Below, in pieces: positions 30,601-41,100 of a DNA stretch of 64,000 nucleotides (within the stretch, counting starts at the first letter, position 1; each line of letters opens with the position of its first letter). This DNA comes from Methanothrix sp. Lineage in GTDB: Archaea > Halobacteriota > Methanosarcinia > Methanotrichales > Methanotrichaceae. The notes beneath the pieces were generated by a model. The model ran no database searches. It had not been told where the DNA came from and saw only the letters and a program-made list of their open reading frames with translations. Made by a program: the position numbers and the translations under genes. The stretch spans positions 928,001-992,000 of the forward strand of contig OY821645.1 of NCBI GenBank assembly GCA_963682135.1, written 5' to 3'.

Positions 30601-31746
30601 TTAGCTTTCCAGCACTCGGCTAGCAGCTTCCACTCCAGCGCCGCATGAGGCAATCTTGCCCTCCTTGGCCAGGATCAGCTCCAGGGTCTGGATGGTTCGC
30701 AGTATGTCGCCGGAGGAGCACATGCCCATGGTGCCGATGCGAAAGATCTTGCCCTTGATAAGGTCCTGTCCGCCGGATACGATTACACCCCGCTTTTTCA
30801 TGCCGCCGCGCAGCTTGTCGTCCGTGACACCTTCAGGCATCTTCATGGCGGTGACGGTATTGGAGTAGTTGGTGTGCTCATTGACCTGGGGGTATAGCTC
30901 GATTCCCAGAGCTTTAGCAGCGGAGCGAACCGACTGCGCCTGCTTGGCAGTTCTGGCCCGGCGAGCGGCAAAGCCTTCATCGGCAGCCATGTGCAGGGAC
31001 TCTTGCATGGCGAAGAATAGCGACACGGCCGGAGTGAACGGTGTCTGTGGCTGGCTCTTTCGCACGCTTTTCAGATGGGCCTTCAGATCTGAGTAATAGC
31101 TGGCGCTCTTGGGCAAGAAACGCTCCTCTGCCATCGGTGAGGTGGAAACCACGGCTAAGCCCGGTGGTACGGCCAGAGCCTTCTGCGAGCCGGTTATGGC
31201 AATATCTATGCCCCACTCATCGGTGAGAAACTCATTGCCGCCGATAGAGGATATGCCGTCTACGATAAAGACTGCATCATGCTTCCTGGCGAGCTTGCCT
31301 ACCTCTTTGGCGGGATTGGTAAGCCCCACAGAGGTCTCATTGTGAACCATAGCCACGGCCTTGGCACCTTCCTCCAGCGCAGCCTCTACCTTGTCAAGGT
31401 CGAAGGGAGTGCCCCATTCGAACTTCACAGGAATGACTTTGCCGTATCTCTCGCCAATCTCGGTGAACCGCTCGCCGAATTTGCCGTTGGATATGGTTAC
31501 GATCTTATCATCATGGCCGATGAGACCGGCAACGGCTGCATCCATGCCTACCGTGCCGCTGCCTGTCATTACTACGATATCGTTCTTGGTCTCGAAGAAC
31601 TGCTTGAGTAGTCCGCAGCAGTCACTGTAAATCGTGCTAAAGTCACCGCTTCGGTGGCTGATCATAGGCTTGGACAGGGCGCGCAGAACGCGAGGCGCGA
31701 CCTTGACCGGCCCTGGAATCATGAGCAATGTATCCTCTATATCCAT
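30601..31746 (-). CDS. Class V PLP aminotransferase (alanine-glyoxylate/serine-pyruvate family)
   Basis: LLMIPGP, VHNETSVG, VDGISS, TGSQKAL.VPPGL. Confidence 0.93.
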   Translation of the reverse strand: MDIEDTLLMIPGPVKVAPRVLRALSKPMISHRSGDFSTIYSDCCGLLKQFFETKNDIVVMTGSGTVGMDAAVAGLIGHDDKIVTISNGKFGERFTEIGERYGKVIPVKFEWGTPFDLDKVEAALEEGAKAVAMVHNETSVGLTNPAKEVGKLARKHDAVFIVDGISSIGGNEFLTDEWGIDIAITGSQKALAVPPGLAVVSTSPMAEERFLPKSASYYSDLKAHLKSVRKSQPQTPFTPAVSLFFAMQESLHMAADEGFAARRARTAKQAQSVRSAAKALGIELYPQVNEHTNYSNTVTAMKMPEGVTDDKLRGGMKKRGVIVSGGQDLIKGKIFRIGTMGMCSSGDILRTIQTLELILAKEGKIASCGAGVEAASRVLES

Positions 31747-31785
31747 GAGATCCCTTCTTCTTTGCGCTTCTTAGTTTCGGGCGGC

Positions 31786-32418
31786 CTATATAAAACTAGC
31801 TTTTATGCGCTGCGCCGTCGTCCAGCTATGTCTGGCGCATGGCGGAAGCTGCCGTTTTTCCTTCACCCATTCCGTCAGGAAATTTATGGTATCCCTATCG
31901 TGGGGATAACCGCTGCCAATCCTGCAATGCATGGCCTCTTCCAGCTCTCTCATTGATGCATCCCGACGCACCTTGGCCAGTATGGAAGCTGCTGAGACAA
32001 TTTGGTGGCGCTGATCGGCTTTGTGCTCGGCCACAAGGTCCATGGTGGTCTTGCTCGCGGCCTTCACACGATCTGCGAACCTTTGCGCATTCACATCGGC
32101 TGCATCGAGAATAGCCCGGTCGGCATGCAGCTTTGCCACCACGGTTGAGAAGCTCCTCACCATGATCTCATTCATGGTCATAACAAGTCGAAGCTCATCG
32201 ATGACCGGGGCCTTCACCTCCAGGATATATTGGTCGGCTGCGATTGCAGTTATCTTCCTGGCCAGCATCTCTCTTTTCGCAGGCGAGAGGAGCTTGGAGT
32301 CCTTTACCCCCAGGCCCGCCAGATCGAAGAGCTTCTCCTCTTCGATCACCAAACCGGCTACGAACATGGAGCCGATCACAGGGCCTTTTCCAGCTTCGTC
32401 TGCGCCTAGGAGCAACAC
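31786..32418 (-). CDS. rnhB: Ribonuclease HII
   Basis: GADEAGKGPVIG, KDSK, SAASILAKVRRD, GSGYP. Confidence 0.96.
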   Translation of the reverse strand: MLLLGADEAGKGPVIGSMFVAGLVIEEEKLFDLAGLGVKDSKLLSPAKREMLARKITAIAADQYILEVKAPVIDELRLVMTMNEIMVRSFSTVVAKLHADRAILDAADVNAQRFADRVKAASKTTMDLVAEHKADQRHQIVSAASILAKVRRDASMRELEEAMHCRIGSGYPHDRDTINFLTEWVKEKRQLPPCARHSWTTAQRIKASFI

Positions 32419-32699
32419 AAGAATAGCACTAGCACTTTCAGATACATTAAGTAAACGACTCCTTGCGACCTGCCCCAAGAATACCCCGAAAACCCGAGCG
32501 CTAGGCTTTAGCCAACGGCGCGCCAAGAATTATTGCGCATTCGCCAAGATCATGGCGTAAGGTGATGATTTTTAGCATGGGATGAACCTATTATGGGAAT
32601 GTATATGCATAGTCCTTTCTTTTCGCCTCACCAGAACAGTGCCATTTTGTACGCAAGCTTTATAAGCTAAGGTAAAGTCATTGAGTATATCCCAAATGC

Positions 32700-32774
32700 A
32701 GCGGGGTAGGGTAGTCAGGATATCCCGACGGGCTCATAACCCGTAGATCAGTAGTTCAAATCTACTCCCCGCTA
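32700..32774 (+). tRNA. tRNA-Met(CAT), initiator type
   Basis: AGCGGGG...CCCCGCT acceptor with A1-U72; GGG/CCC anticodon stem around CTCATAA; TTCAAAT T-loop; TATA (tttataag) ~40 nt upstream. Confidence 0.96.
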
Positions 32775-33147
32775 TAATTCTAACATAGGATGATAACGTC
32801 ACATTTCTTTTCCTTAAGCTTAACTTTCCTACCATATATTTGCATGAAATGCCGCATTTATTCGCTTCCGGGCCGCATGCTTATCAGGTGGAATCCTTCA
32901 ATCTTTTTGCCACTTTTCCTTCCACCGGGACGACTCTCATCTTCCCTGCTACAACATTCTTTTCATTTCCATATTTGTATCTTATTCATACTTTATATTG
33001 TGTAAAAATGGTTGATGAATATCTTTTTCCTGCAAAGATTCTTAAACTTACACGTAGTGTTATCTTTTCATGACCGCAGTCTTTGATCTACTAAGGCCGC
33101 ATAAAATAGCGATTTTGCATGGCACTCTTAGGAAAGACGCAAGAGCT

Positions 33148-33300
33148 ATGGAGCTGCAGACGGCCAAGGAGATTTTGGCTGAGGTCTTTGGTATCCGTAT
33201 CTCTGAAGTGGACGAGATGATCGCAAATCGATTTTCAGGTTGCCATGAATGCCAGAGAGAAAAAGGGTTGTGGCCCAGGGAGTTTCAACTAGTGAAGTGA
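33148..33300 (+). CDS. Small hypothetical protein (50 aa)
   Basis: MELQTAKEILAEVFGIRISEVDEMI...LWPREF; amphipathic helices. Confidence 0.55.
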   Translation: MELQTAKEILAEVFGIRISEVDEMIANRFSGCHECQREKGLWPREFQLVK

Positions 33301-33389
33301 GGTTCGCCTGAAGTCGCATGCCCGCAGGATCTTTGAAGGTGGACATTAGATCAGAGTGTGACAGTTCACAGCTTGCGGAGAAGAACAAA

Positions 33390-34193
33390 ATGACTACTTT
33401 TGGATTCATAGGCACCGGCCATATGGGGTGCATGCTGATTAAGAAGTTCGTGGAGACCGGGGCCATTGAGGCAGCGGCGGTCCTGGCGAGCAACCGGACA
33501 CAAGAAAAGGTAGAGCGTCTGGCAGAGGCTACCGGAATCCGCCCTGTGAGCAATCGTGTTGTGGCGGAGCTTTCCGATGTGATCTTTATCTGTGTTCGGC
33601 CCCTGGATGTCAGGGACGTGCTCAGCGATGTTGCCTACCTGCTCAATTCCGGCAAGCTCGTCATCTCAGTGGCCGGGGATGTGTCGCTGGAAATATTACA
33701 GAGCCTGTGCCCGGCCCGCATGGCCCGCGCCTTTCCCAGCATGGCCTCTGAAAAGTTGCAGGGCGTGACTCTGCTCGCTTTCGGGGATAATAGTACCGCG
33801 GAAGACCGGTGGCTTATTGCCAGTCTCTTTCATGCCATCGGGCACGCGGTGCCGGCTGAGGAGAATGACTTCGCTGTGCTGGCCGATCTGACCAGTTGCG
33901 CCCCGGGCTATTTCGCGGCCCTCATGCGTGAGTTCGTGTTGGCTGCAAAAAGAAAAGAGATCCCATCGGAGCTGGCTGAGCGCCTGGTCAAGCAGACCTT
34001 GCTTGGCACGGCCATGCTTTTGGAGGAAGAGAGCTTTGCCGGGCTGATCAAGAGCGTGGCCACCATCGGAGGAATCACGGAGGCAGGTGTAAAGGTCATC
34101 CAGCGCGAGGCGCCAGGCATGTTCGACCAGCTTTTCCAGGCTACGGAGGCCCGGCACAAGCAGGTGAAGAAGAAGATAGACGGGCAAGGATAA
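33390..34193 (+). CDS. proC: Pyrroline-5-carboxylate reductase family protein
   Basis: GFIGTGHMG Rossmann motif; LTSCAPG; VATIGGITEAG. Confidence 0.85.
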   Translation: MTTFGFIGTGHMGCMLIKKFVETGAIEAAAVLASNRTQEKVERLAEATGIRPVSNRVVAELSDVIFICVRPLDVRDVLSDVAYLLNSGKLVISVAGDVSLEILQSLCPARMARAFPSMASEKLQGVTLLAFGDNSTAEDRWLIASLFHAIGHAVPAEENDFAVLADLTSCAPGYFAALMREFVLAAKRKEIPSELAERLVKQTLLGTAMLLEEESFAGLIKSVATIGGITEAGVKVIQREAPGMFDQLFQATEARHKQVKKKIDGQG

Positions 34194-34415
34194 CGACAAT
34201 AGTACTATTATGAGTATATAATATTTTGGTTTCTTTTTTAATGTGGGGCTGAATCCATTCGAAATGTTTAAATATTGAGCATATCACTAACTATAGGTTA
34301 GTATCATTATGTAGACTAAGTTAAACTGGCAATCGTGAGGCATTAAATCAATCTCAGAGGAACTGACTAAAAAATTACTTAAGCTTTACATGTACATATA
34401 TCTTGGAGGATTTTG

Positions 34416-36572
34416 ATGACCGGAGAAATCACACTTAAAGTCATAGAAGCGCGTCCCACAGATGTCGGACGTGGCATTGCTCGTATAGATCCTGCTGTAT
34501 TTAGCGAGATGGGCTGGCAGGCTGGAGACGTTGTCAGCATTCAAGGAAAGAAGAAGACTGCGGCACTGCTCTGGCCCGGTTATCCTGAGGACATGGGAAC
34601 AGGCATCGTGCGCCTGGACGGAAATACCCGCCGAAATGCTGGAGCAAGCATAGATGACAAGGTTCCTGTAAAAATAGCCCAGGCGGCAGCAGCAGAGTCT
34701 GTGACCTTTGCCCCAACTGTGCCTTTGCGCATTACCGGGGCTGAGGCCTACCTGCAGAGATACATGGAAGGGCGGGTCATCACCAGGGGTGACATTATTG
34801 AGATCCCGGTCATGGGCAGAAAGATTGAGCTTATGGCTACGCGCGTCTCTCCATCCAAAGAAGCGGCAGTGATCAGCGACAAGACCCGAATCGAGATGTC
34901 GGATAAGCCTGCTAAGGAAGAGAAAAAGGGGCCCCACATCAGCTACGAGGATATCGGCGGCCTGTCTGCTGAGATCAAGAAGGTGCGGGAGATGATTGAG
35001 CTGCCCATGAAGCACCCGGAGCTCTTTGAGAGGCTGGGAGTAGAAGCGCCCAAAGGGGTATTGCTCTACGGCCCGCCGGGTACCGGCAAGACATTGCTGG
35101 CCAAAGCTCTGGCCTCCGAGACCAATGCTCATTTCGAGACTTTGAGCGGTCCGGAGATCATGTCCAAGTACTACGGCGAGTCAGAGGAGAAGCTGCGCAG
35201 TCTCTTCAAGACGGCTGAGGATCAGGCGCCTTCGATAATCCTCATCGATGAGATTGACTCCATTGCCCCCAAGAGAGAAGAGGTTACGGGCGAGGTGGAG
35301 CGGCGTGTGGTAGCTCAGATGCTGGCCCTCATGGACGGCATGGAGTCGCGCGGCAAAGTGGTGGTTATCGGTGCGACCAATAGGCCTGATTCCCTGGACC
35401 CGGCACTGCGCCGCCCTGGCCGCTTTGATCGGGAGATCGAAATCGGGGTTCCCAACCGTCAATCCCGTCTGGAGGTCTTGCAGATTCACACCCGCAGCAT
35501 GCCTCTCTCTAAAGATGTGAACCAGGAGAAGCTGGCCGATGTGACGCACGGCTTCGTGGGCGCTGATCTTGCGGCACTGGCACGCGAGGCCGGCATGCGC
35601 GCCATCCGGCGGGTCTTGCCGGAAATCGACCTGGAGGTTGAATCCATACCTGCCGATATCCTGAACAAGATCGAGGTGGTCAACGATGACTTCCTGGAAG
35701 CTTTGCGCGAGATGGAGCCTTCTGCCATGCGTGAGGTCATGGTGGAGTCTCCAAATGTGCACTGGGATGATATAGGGGGTCTCGCCGATGTCAAGCAGCA
35801 GCTCATCGAATCTGTGGAGTGGCCGCTCGCCTACGCCAAGCTCTTCGCCCACATGGATGCCAAGGCTCCCAAGGGTGTACTGCTCTACGGTCCGCCAGGT
35901 ACCGGTAAGACCATGCTGGCCAAGGCAGTAGCCACCGAGAGCCAGGCCAACTTCATCAGTATCAAGGGCCCGGAGTTTCTCAGCAAGTGGGTGGGAGAGT
36001 CTGAGAAGGCCGTGCGTGAGACCTTCCGCAAGGCTCGTCAGGCGGCGCCTTCCGTGATATTCCTGGATGAGATCGATTCCATTGCCCCGGCCCGAGGCGG
36101 ATCGACCAGCGATTCGCATGTCACAGAGCGCGTCATATCGCAGATCTTAACCGAGCTGGACGGCCTGGAATCGCTCAACAGCGTCATGGTAATTGCCGCC
36201 ACTAACCGGCCGGATATCATCGATTCGGCGCTCCTCCGACCGGGACGCTTTGACCGGCTCATCGAGATAGGTCTGCCGAATGAGGAGGCCCGTCGGGAGA
36301 TCCTGAAGATCCACACCGCCAAAAAGCCCCTGGCCGATGATGTCAAGATTGATGATCTGGCTAAGAGAACAGAGGAGTTCTCCGGAGCCGACCTGGGTGC
36401 ATTGGTTGGCGAGGCGGTAATGCTCGCCATTCGGGAGTGCGTCCTGGGCGGAAAGGCGAAGGTTGAGGCGCAGGTCTGCGAGTACAAACTGGAGAACAAA
36501 CACTTTGAAGAGGCTTTGAAGACAGTCAAGCCCACTGCCTCTGAGTCGGATATCTACAAGAGATTTGCCTGA
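34416..36572 (+). CDS. cdc48: CDC48/VAT family AAA+ ATPase
   Basis: N-domain plus two AAA modules ([28 protein letters not shown]). Confidence 0.97.
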   Translation: MTGEITLKVIEARPTDVGRGIARIDPAVFSEMGWQAGDVVSIQGKKKTAALLWPGYPEDMGTGIVRLDGNTRRNAGASIDDKVPVKIAQAAAAESVTFAPTVPLRITGAEAYLQRYMEGRVITRGDIIEIPVMGRKIELMATRVSPSKEAAVISDKTRIEMSDKPAKEEKKGPHISYEDIGGLSAEIKKVREMIELPMKHPELFERLGVEAPKGVLLYGPPGTGKTLLAKALASETNAHFETLSGPEIMSKYYGESEEKLRSLFKTAEDQAPSIILIDEIDSIAPKREEVTGEVERRVVAQMLALMDGMESRGKVVVIGATNRPDSLDPALRRPGRFDREIEIGVPNRQSRLEVLQIHTRSMPLSKDVNQEKLADVTHGFVGADLAALAREAGMRAIRRVLPEIDLEVESIPADILNKIEVVNDDFLEALREMEPSAMREVMVESPNVHWDDIGGLADVKQQLIESVEWPLAYAKLFAHMDAKAPKGVLLYGPPGTGKTMLAKAVATESQANFISIKGPEFLSKWVGESEKAVRETFRKARQAAPSVIFLDEIDSIAPARGGSTSDSHVTERVISQILTELDGLESLNSVMVIAATNRPDIIDSALLRPGRFDRLIEIGLPNEEARREILKIHTAKKPLADDVKIDDLAKRTEEFSGADLGALVGEAVMLAIRECVLGGKAKVEAQVCEYKLENKHFEEALKTVKPTASESDIYKRFA

Positions 36573-36606
36573 AGCTAAGGTTAAGTCCAGGGCAATAGCG
36601 GACCCT

Positions 36607-36630
36607 GAAGGCCGGACATTTCCGGCCTTC
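36607..36630. terminator. Perfect 10-bp hairpin between convergent cdc48 and PemK genes
   Basis: GAAGGCCGGA-catt-TCCGGCCTTC. Confidence 0.55.
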
Positions 36631-36641
36631 CTAGGTCCCAT

Positions 36642-37061
36642 TCAAACTCTGATATGCGTTGTAAGTTTGGTGTTGATTTCGGTTCTCAATACATCGTCGA
36701 TTGAGCCAAACCAGCCAAGAACCTTCTCAAATGGTACCGTAGCCAGAACACCCAATCTTATAACAGATGGATCTTTTAGGCCGGTCTTTCCAAACGAAGG
36801 ATGATTTCGCATAACCAAAACATCCGTCGAATCGGGGATAAGAGGAATTTTTGATGATATATACGCTACGACCATCTGCTTTGGTTTTGTGTAAATAATA
36901 AGCGCTGGCCTTTGTTTACTAAAAACTTTTCTACCGATCATCTTATCGTAGAATGGCCTTACATGCGGAAAATCGACATCGATTACATCTCCTGATCGGA
37001 GATCTTCTTGAGAACCAACTATCCGAGGAACTGCTGAAGATTGGCTCGGATTACCACTCAT
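36642..37061 (-). CDS. PemK/MazF-family toxin
   Basis: GDVIDVDFP...KQRPALII...VAYISS...GLKDPSVIR. Confidence 0.88.
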   Translation of the reverse strand: MSGNPSQSSAVPRIVGSQEDLRSGDVIDVDFPHVRPFYDKMIGRKVFSKQRPALIIYTKPKQMVVAYISSKIPLIPDSTDVLVMRNHPSFGKTGLKDPSVIRLGVLATVPFEKVLGWFGSIDDVLRTEINTKLTTHIRV

Positions 37062-37429
37062 CTAAATCGTACCTTGACATCATCTATTGTGTAGATGTCG
37101 GGCTCATCGTCGAGAAGATCTGAGATAACATCGTTGGATAAAGCCATGAAAGTTTCTTGATCATCTAACTCTTCCGCATCGAGCCTAGATTGATCCATCG
37201 CCATAACCTCTCTCTTAATGGTATTTAGGTCTATTGAACCCGCGAACATCTGATTATGGTAATTAGCTGCATTTATGAAATGTCCGACTGCTACGCCCGC
37301 TGCATATGCCGCATTTGCTATAAATGGCGGAATAGGAGTATTGAAGGAGGCCACGTTCTGCCGATCTATATATCCCAGTTTGAAATGCTTTTCATCAAAG
37401 ATTCGTGTTGATGAAACCCTATATGTCAT
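37058..37429 (-). CDS. Probable antitoxin with acidic C-terminus
   Basis: Ends DLLDDEPDIYTIDDVKVRFR; ATGA overlap with the toxin. Confidence 0.6.
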   Translation of the reverse strand: MTYRVSSTRIFDEKHFKLGYIDRQNVASFNTPIPPFIANAAYAAGVAVGHFINAANYHNQMFAGSIDLNTIKREVMAMDQSRLDAEELDDQETFMALSNDVISDLLDDEPDIYTIDDVKVRFR

Positions 37430-37775
37430 CAAGTAGCTCCTCCACCTTAGCATTTATTTCCTGTTTGACCGGATCGGACTCGCCATTCTTTATTTTGCCA
37501 AATGCATTTTCATATGATTTGATGTTTTGCAGCAGCCAAGTGATCAGGCTCTTTGCTTGCATCGGAGCGAGTTTGAGGGAAATCTCTTCGGTGTGCTCGA
37601 TCACATCTCTGTGATTAACCACTTTTTCGAATGCGCTGGCTTTTGTGGTAACAACGCTCATTTCAAGGAATCCTGGTTTTACGCCGCCAAAAATGTAATC
37701 TGGCGTGACCTCCCTGTAATACGGGGATCTAAGGCCCCTTTGCTCAGGTTCGGTGCTCTCCGCGCCCTCTGCCAT
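37419..37775 (-). CDS. DUF3467-like protein
   Basis: YREVTPDYIFGG...LKLAPMQAKSLITWLLQNIKSYENAFGKI. Confidence 0.6.
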   Translation of the reverse strand: MAEGAESTEPEQRGLRSPYYREVTPDYIFGGVKPGFLEMSVVTTKASAFEKVVNHRDVIEHTEEISLKLAPMQAKSLITWLLQNIKSYENAFGKIKNGESDPVKQEINAKVEELLDDI

Positions 37776-38167
37776 AAAAAGTAAAATGCTGGGAAGAATC
37801 TAAATACTTTTCGCCCATTTGGGCTTTGCATCTAAATGGTGTGAACCCATCCAAGTAGACAATGAGTTAAGCAACATCAACTCATGGTGGGAAATATATG
37901 AAAGGACGAGGCCCTTTTTCTTTAATTTTTATGATCTGCACATTCTTCGTAGGGGCAAAAAGGAGTTGTAGCCCTCAATTTAATCATTCCCCGATATGGC
38001 TCATTACTGGCCTTCCTTGCCATAATCCTCTCCCTAATACATTCCCTCCGGAGAGGATTATATAGGATCTATTATCAATTTAGGACATCAAGAAACATTT
38101 GGGACTACATATTTCCGGTCTTCTTCCGATAGATACAAATTAGCGGGCCGCTCTTGCAGTGCCTAAC

Positions 38168-39598
38168 ATGCCGAGAGATTCAGAGAACTGGCGCGGCTAT
38201 GAGTGGACAGCGCTCTCCGTCACCACCGTGGGAGCGCTCTTAGCATCCATTCAGGGCTCGGCCCTGCTTATTGCTTTGCCTGATATCATGACTCAGCTTC
38301 ATGCAGGATTCATGACCATCATGTGGGTGATCCTGGGCTTTATGCTCATCACCACTGCACTTGTGCCGGTGGTGGGAAGGCTGGCAGACATGTTCGGCAG
38401 AAAGAACCTCTACAACGCCGGTTTTGCCGTCTTCACTTTGGGCTCACTTCTCTGCGGCTTCTCTTCGCCCCAATTTCTTGGCTGGGACCTGGTCTTGTAT
38501 CGCATGATTCAGGGAGTAGGCGGAGCGTTGCTCTTTACGAATAGCGCGGCCATTGTGACTGACGCCTTTCGCAAAGGGCGAGTGGGTCTGGGTCTTGGAA
38601 TAAACACCATCGCCTTTTCCGCCGGCTTCCTTATGGGACCGGTCATTGGCGGCATCCTCACAGCCATCGACTGGAGATTGGTCTTCCTGATCAATGTGCC
38701 ACTGGGGGCAGCCGGCACAATCTGGGGCATTCTGAGGCTGCGTGAGCCGGTGGTGCTGCCCACCCGGCAGAGCTTCGACTGGCCGGGAAGCATCACATTC
38801 ACAGTTGGAATAGCAGCCTTGCTACTGGCCTGCTCGCTGGTAGCCTTCCCACTTATCGATACAGCCTATGTCTACGTCCTCTTCGTCCTGGCCGTGTTGA
38901 GCCTGGCAGCCTTCTACCTGATAGAGAGGAAGACAGAGCAGCCCATGATGGACTTTCGGCTCTTTACAGAGAAGCTCTTCGCCTACGCCTGCGCCTCCAA
39001 TGCCATTAACGGCCTCGCCCGTGGTGCAGTGCTCTTTGTCTTGATATTTTTCTTGCAGGGGCCCTACGGTCTCGATCCCCTCTGGGCTGGAATCATGATG
39101 GCACCTTTCGGGGCCGCCTTTATGTTTGTGGGACCTGTCTCAGGCTACCTGTCGGACAGATACGGGTCAAGGGGCCTTGCCACCGCCGGGCTGCTTATTT
39201 CCGGTATAGGTCTTCTTGGTCTGGCCACGGTTGTGAGCAGCACGCCCTACTGGCAGCTGGCTCTTTACCAGGCTCTGATGGGCGGGGGCTCGGGTCTCTT
39301 TGCCTCGCCCAATACCAATGCAGTCATGTCCTCCGTTGCTGCGGAAAAGAGGGGCACTGCCGCAGGGATCAATTATATGCTAATGAGCACCGGGCAGATG
39401 CTCAGCATCGCCATTGTCTTCCCGCTGGTGCTCAGCCGCATTCCTGAAGAGATCATGTTCCATATCTTCCTCTACGGTGGAGGCATGAGCGGTGGGCCTC
39501 TGGCAGCCTTTGAGTCAGGCATGCACCAGGCATTCCTGGCCAGCTTCGCTGTTACACTGGTTGCGGCAGTCATTTCCGCTCTGCGGCCCGGCAAATGA
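38168..39598 (+). CDS. DHA2-type (14-TM) MFS transporter
   Basis: GRLADMFGRK, RMIQGVGGAL, WRLVFLINVPLG. Confidence 0.92.
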   Translation: MPRDSENWRGYEWTALSVTTVGALLASIQGSALLIALPDIMTQLHAGFMTIMWVILGFMLITTALVPVVGRLADMFGRKNLYNAGFAVFTLGSLLCGFSSPQFLGWDLVLYRMIQGVGGALLFTNSAAIVTDAFRKGRVGLGLGINTIAFSAGFLMGPVIGGILTAIDWRLVFLINVPLGAAGTIWGILRLREPVVLPTRQSFDWPGSITFTVGIAALLLACSLVAFPLIDTAYVYVLFVLAVLSLAAFYLIERKTEQPMMDFRLFTEKLFAYACASNAINGLARGAVLFVLIFFLQGPYGLDPLWAGIMMAPFGAAFMFVGPVSGYLSDRYGSRGLATAGLLISGIGLLGLATVVSSTPYWQLALYQALMGGGSGLFASPNTNAVMSSVAAEKRGTAAGINYMLMSTGQMLSIAIVFPLVLSRIPEEIMFHIFLYGGGMSGGPLAAFESGMHQAFLASFAVTLVAAVISALRPGK

Positions 39599-39872
39599 GT
39601 CTTGCCGGGGGTGGGATCGGGGGCATTCTCAGGCACTCTGGATCTACTGGAGAAAGACGGTGAACGTGGATCAGTCGTTTCACGAGGCATGATGTTCAGC
39701 AATGAACCAGGATGTTTGGGTTTCGTGGGTCCATGTAACGGCGTTAAGCCTCCTTGTGGAACAGGTCGAATCGAGTAGAGGGAAAACTATGAAGCTCTGC
39801 GGGTTCGTCACTCTCAGACTAAATCTATATCAACTGAAAAGAACACATGAATATTGATCTTAGATTGCCGGG

Positions 39873-41091
39873 GTCAACTACCCACGACTGAAGTCGTGGG
39901 CTTGCGGCTCCGCAAAAAGTCGGGCCACGATGGGTATATTGACTGATGCCCGTGCAGCTATATTACGAGCTGCAACTATGTCAGCTGGATCAGAGAAACC
40001 ACAACAGACACAGCAAAAATCATCCCTAGTAGGACGGTTGGATCGAGAGATATGATGGCAGATCGGACATTCTTGGGAAGTATAGGCAGGATCAATATAC
40101 GCAACTGGCACACCAGCAATGGCTGCCTTGTAGCCAATAAACTGCCTAAGCTGATCAAAACTCCAAGAGCTATGTCTATGTCTCTGAACCTTGGTTTGGA
40201 CCGTTGTCCTCTCTCGGATGCCTTTGAGATCTTCAAGGGCGATCAAAGAAGAGGTGTCTATGGCTTTCTTGACAAGCTTCTTGGAAATGCAATGATTGGT
40301 GTCTCTCTTGAACCTAGCCTCATGACCAGAAAGTTTCTTAAGATGTTTTTTGGCACTATCCGTACCACAACTCTGAAGATCCGCTTTGAGATTATCAAGT
40401 TTGGCTCTGGTCTTGTCGATCTTTTTGCAAGAGAAAGTTTCTCCAGTAGAATCTACGACGATGTTCTTAATTCCGAGATCGACACCAAGAACATTCGTTG
40501 GAACGATGAGGGCCGGTTCAGGAACCTCAACGACGACACAAAGATAGAACTCATTGTTTCTGAAAATCAAATCAGCCTGTCCCCTGATTCGATCCAATCT
40601 TGGAGCATGATAATCACAAATCTTAACGGGAGCCTTGATTCTACCATGAACAGTCAACAACGAAACCGTGTCAAGCCCTTTCCAAGAGAGAATTCTTTGG
40701 TCGTAGACGACGGCTCCATTTGGTGCAAATGTTGGTTTGATAGACTTATCTCGTTTATAGGCTTCACATGCTTTAGAAATGGCTCTAACTGCCATTTGGG
40801 AGGATATACCAAACTTCTCACGAATATCATGATAAACAATGGGCTGCAACTTGATTTTATTGGCTGTATGCATTTGAAAAGCAATTTCAGCCACATAGTT
40901 GCAAGCAGCATTGAACTGATGCATAGTCTCATGCAGAGCCTTCGCTTGCTCAGGTTCAACTACAACTTTTACTTTGAGAGTTTGCATCATGATAGTATAG
41001 ACATATATGATCTATGGCATAAATACTTAACGTCCGGGAGTGTCCAATTCCTCCCACGACTAAAGTCGTGGGCCTCCTCGGACGAACGGTC
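39873..41091 (-). mobile_element. IS200/IS605-family IS1341-type element (tnpB only)
   Basis: Subterminal hairpins CCCACGAC-ttta-GTCGTGGG (left end) and CCCACGAC-ttca-GTCGTGGG (right end); right end terminates in TGAC; no tnpA. Confidence 0.88.
39878..40990 (-). CDS. tnpB: RNA-guided endonuclease TnpB
   Basis: RuvC triad GVDLG / IALEDL / ADIVAARNI intact; TSQECPIC..CVCCG zinc ribbon. Confidence 0.95.
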   Translation of the reverse strand: MMQTLKVKVVVEPEQAKALHETMHQFNAACNYVAEIAFQMHTANKIKLQPIVYHDIREKFGISSQMAVRAISKACEAYKRDKSIKPTFAPNGAVVYDQRILSWKGLDTVSLLTVHGRIKAPVKICDYHAPRLDRIRGQADLIFRNNEFYLCVVVEVPEPALIVPTNVLGVDLGIKNIVVDSTGETFSCKKIDKTRAKLDNLKADLQSCGTDSAKKHLKKLSGHEARFKRDTNHCISKKLVKKAIDTSSLIALEDLKGIRERTTVQTKVQRHRHSSWSFDQLRQFIGYKAAIAGVPVAYIDPAYTSQECPICHHISRSNRPTRDDFCCVCCGFSDPADIVAARNIAARASVNIPIVARLFAEPQAHDFSRG

Positions 41092-41100
41092 GTGACAAAT

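Noticed and set aside
40052-41095. 347-aa ORF opposite tnpB (possible tnpA?)
   Set aside because: No HUH/Y1 or serine-recombinase motif; antisense shadow.
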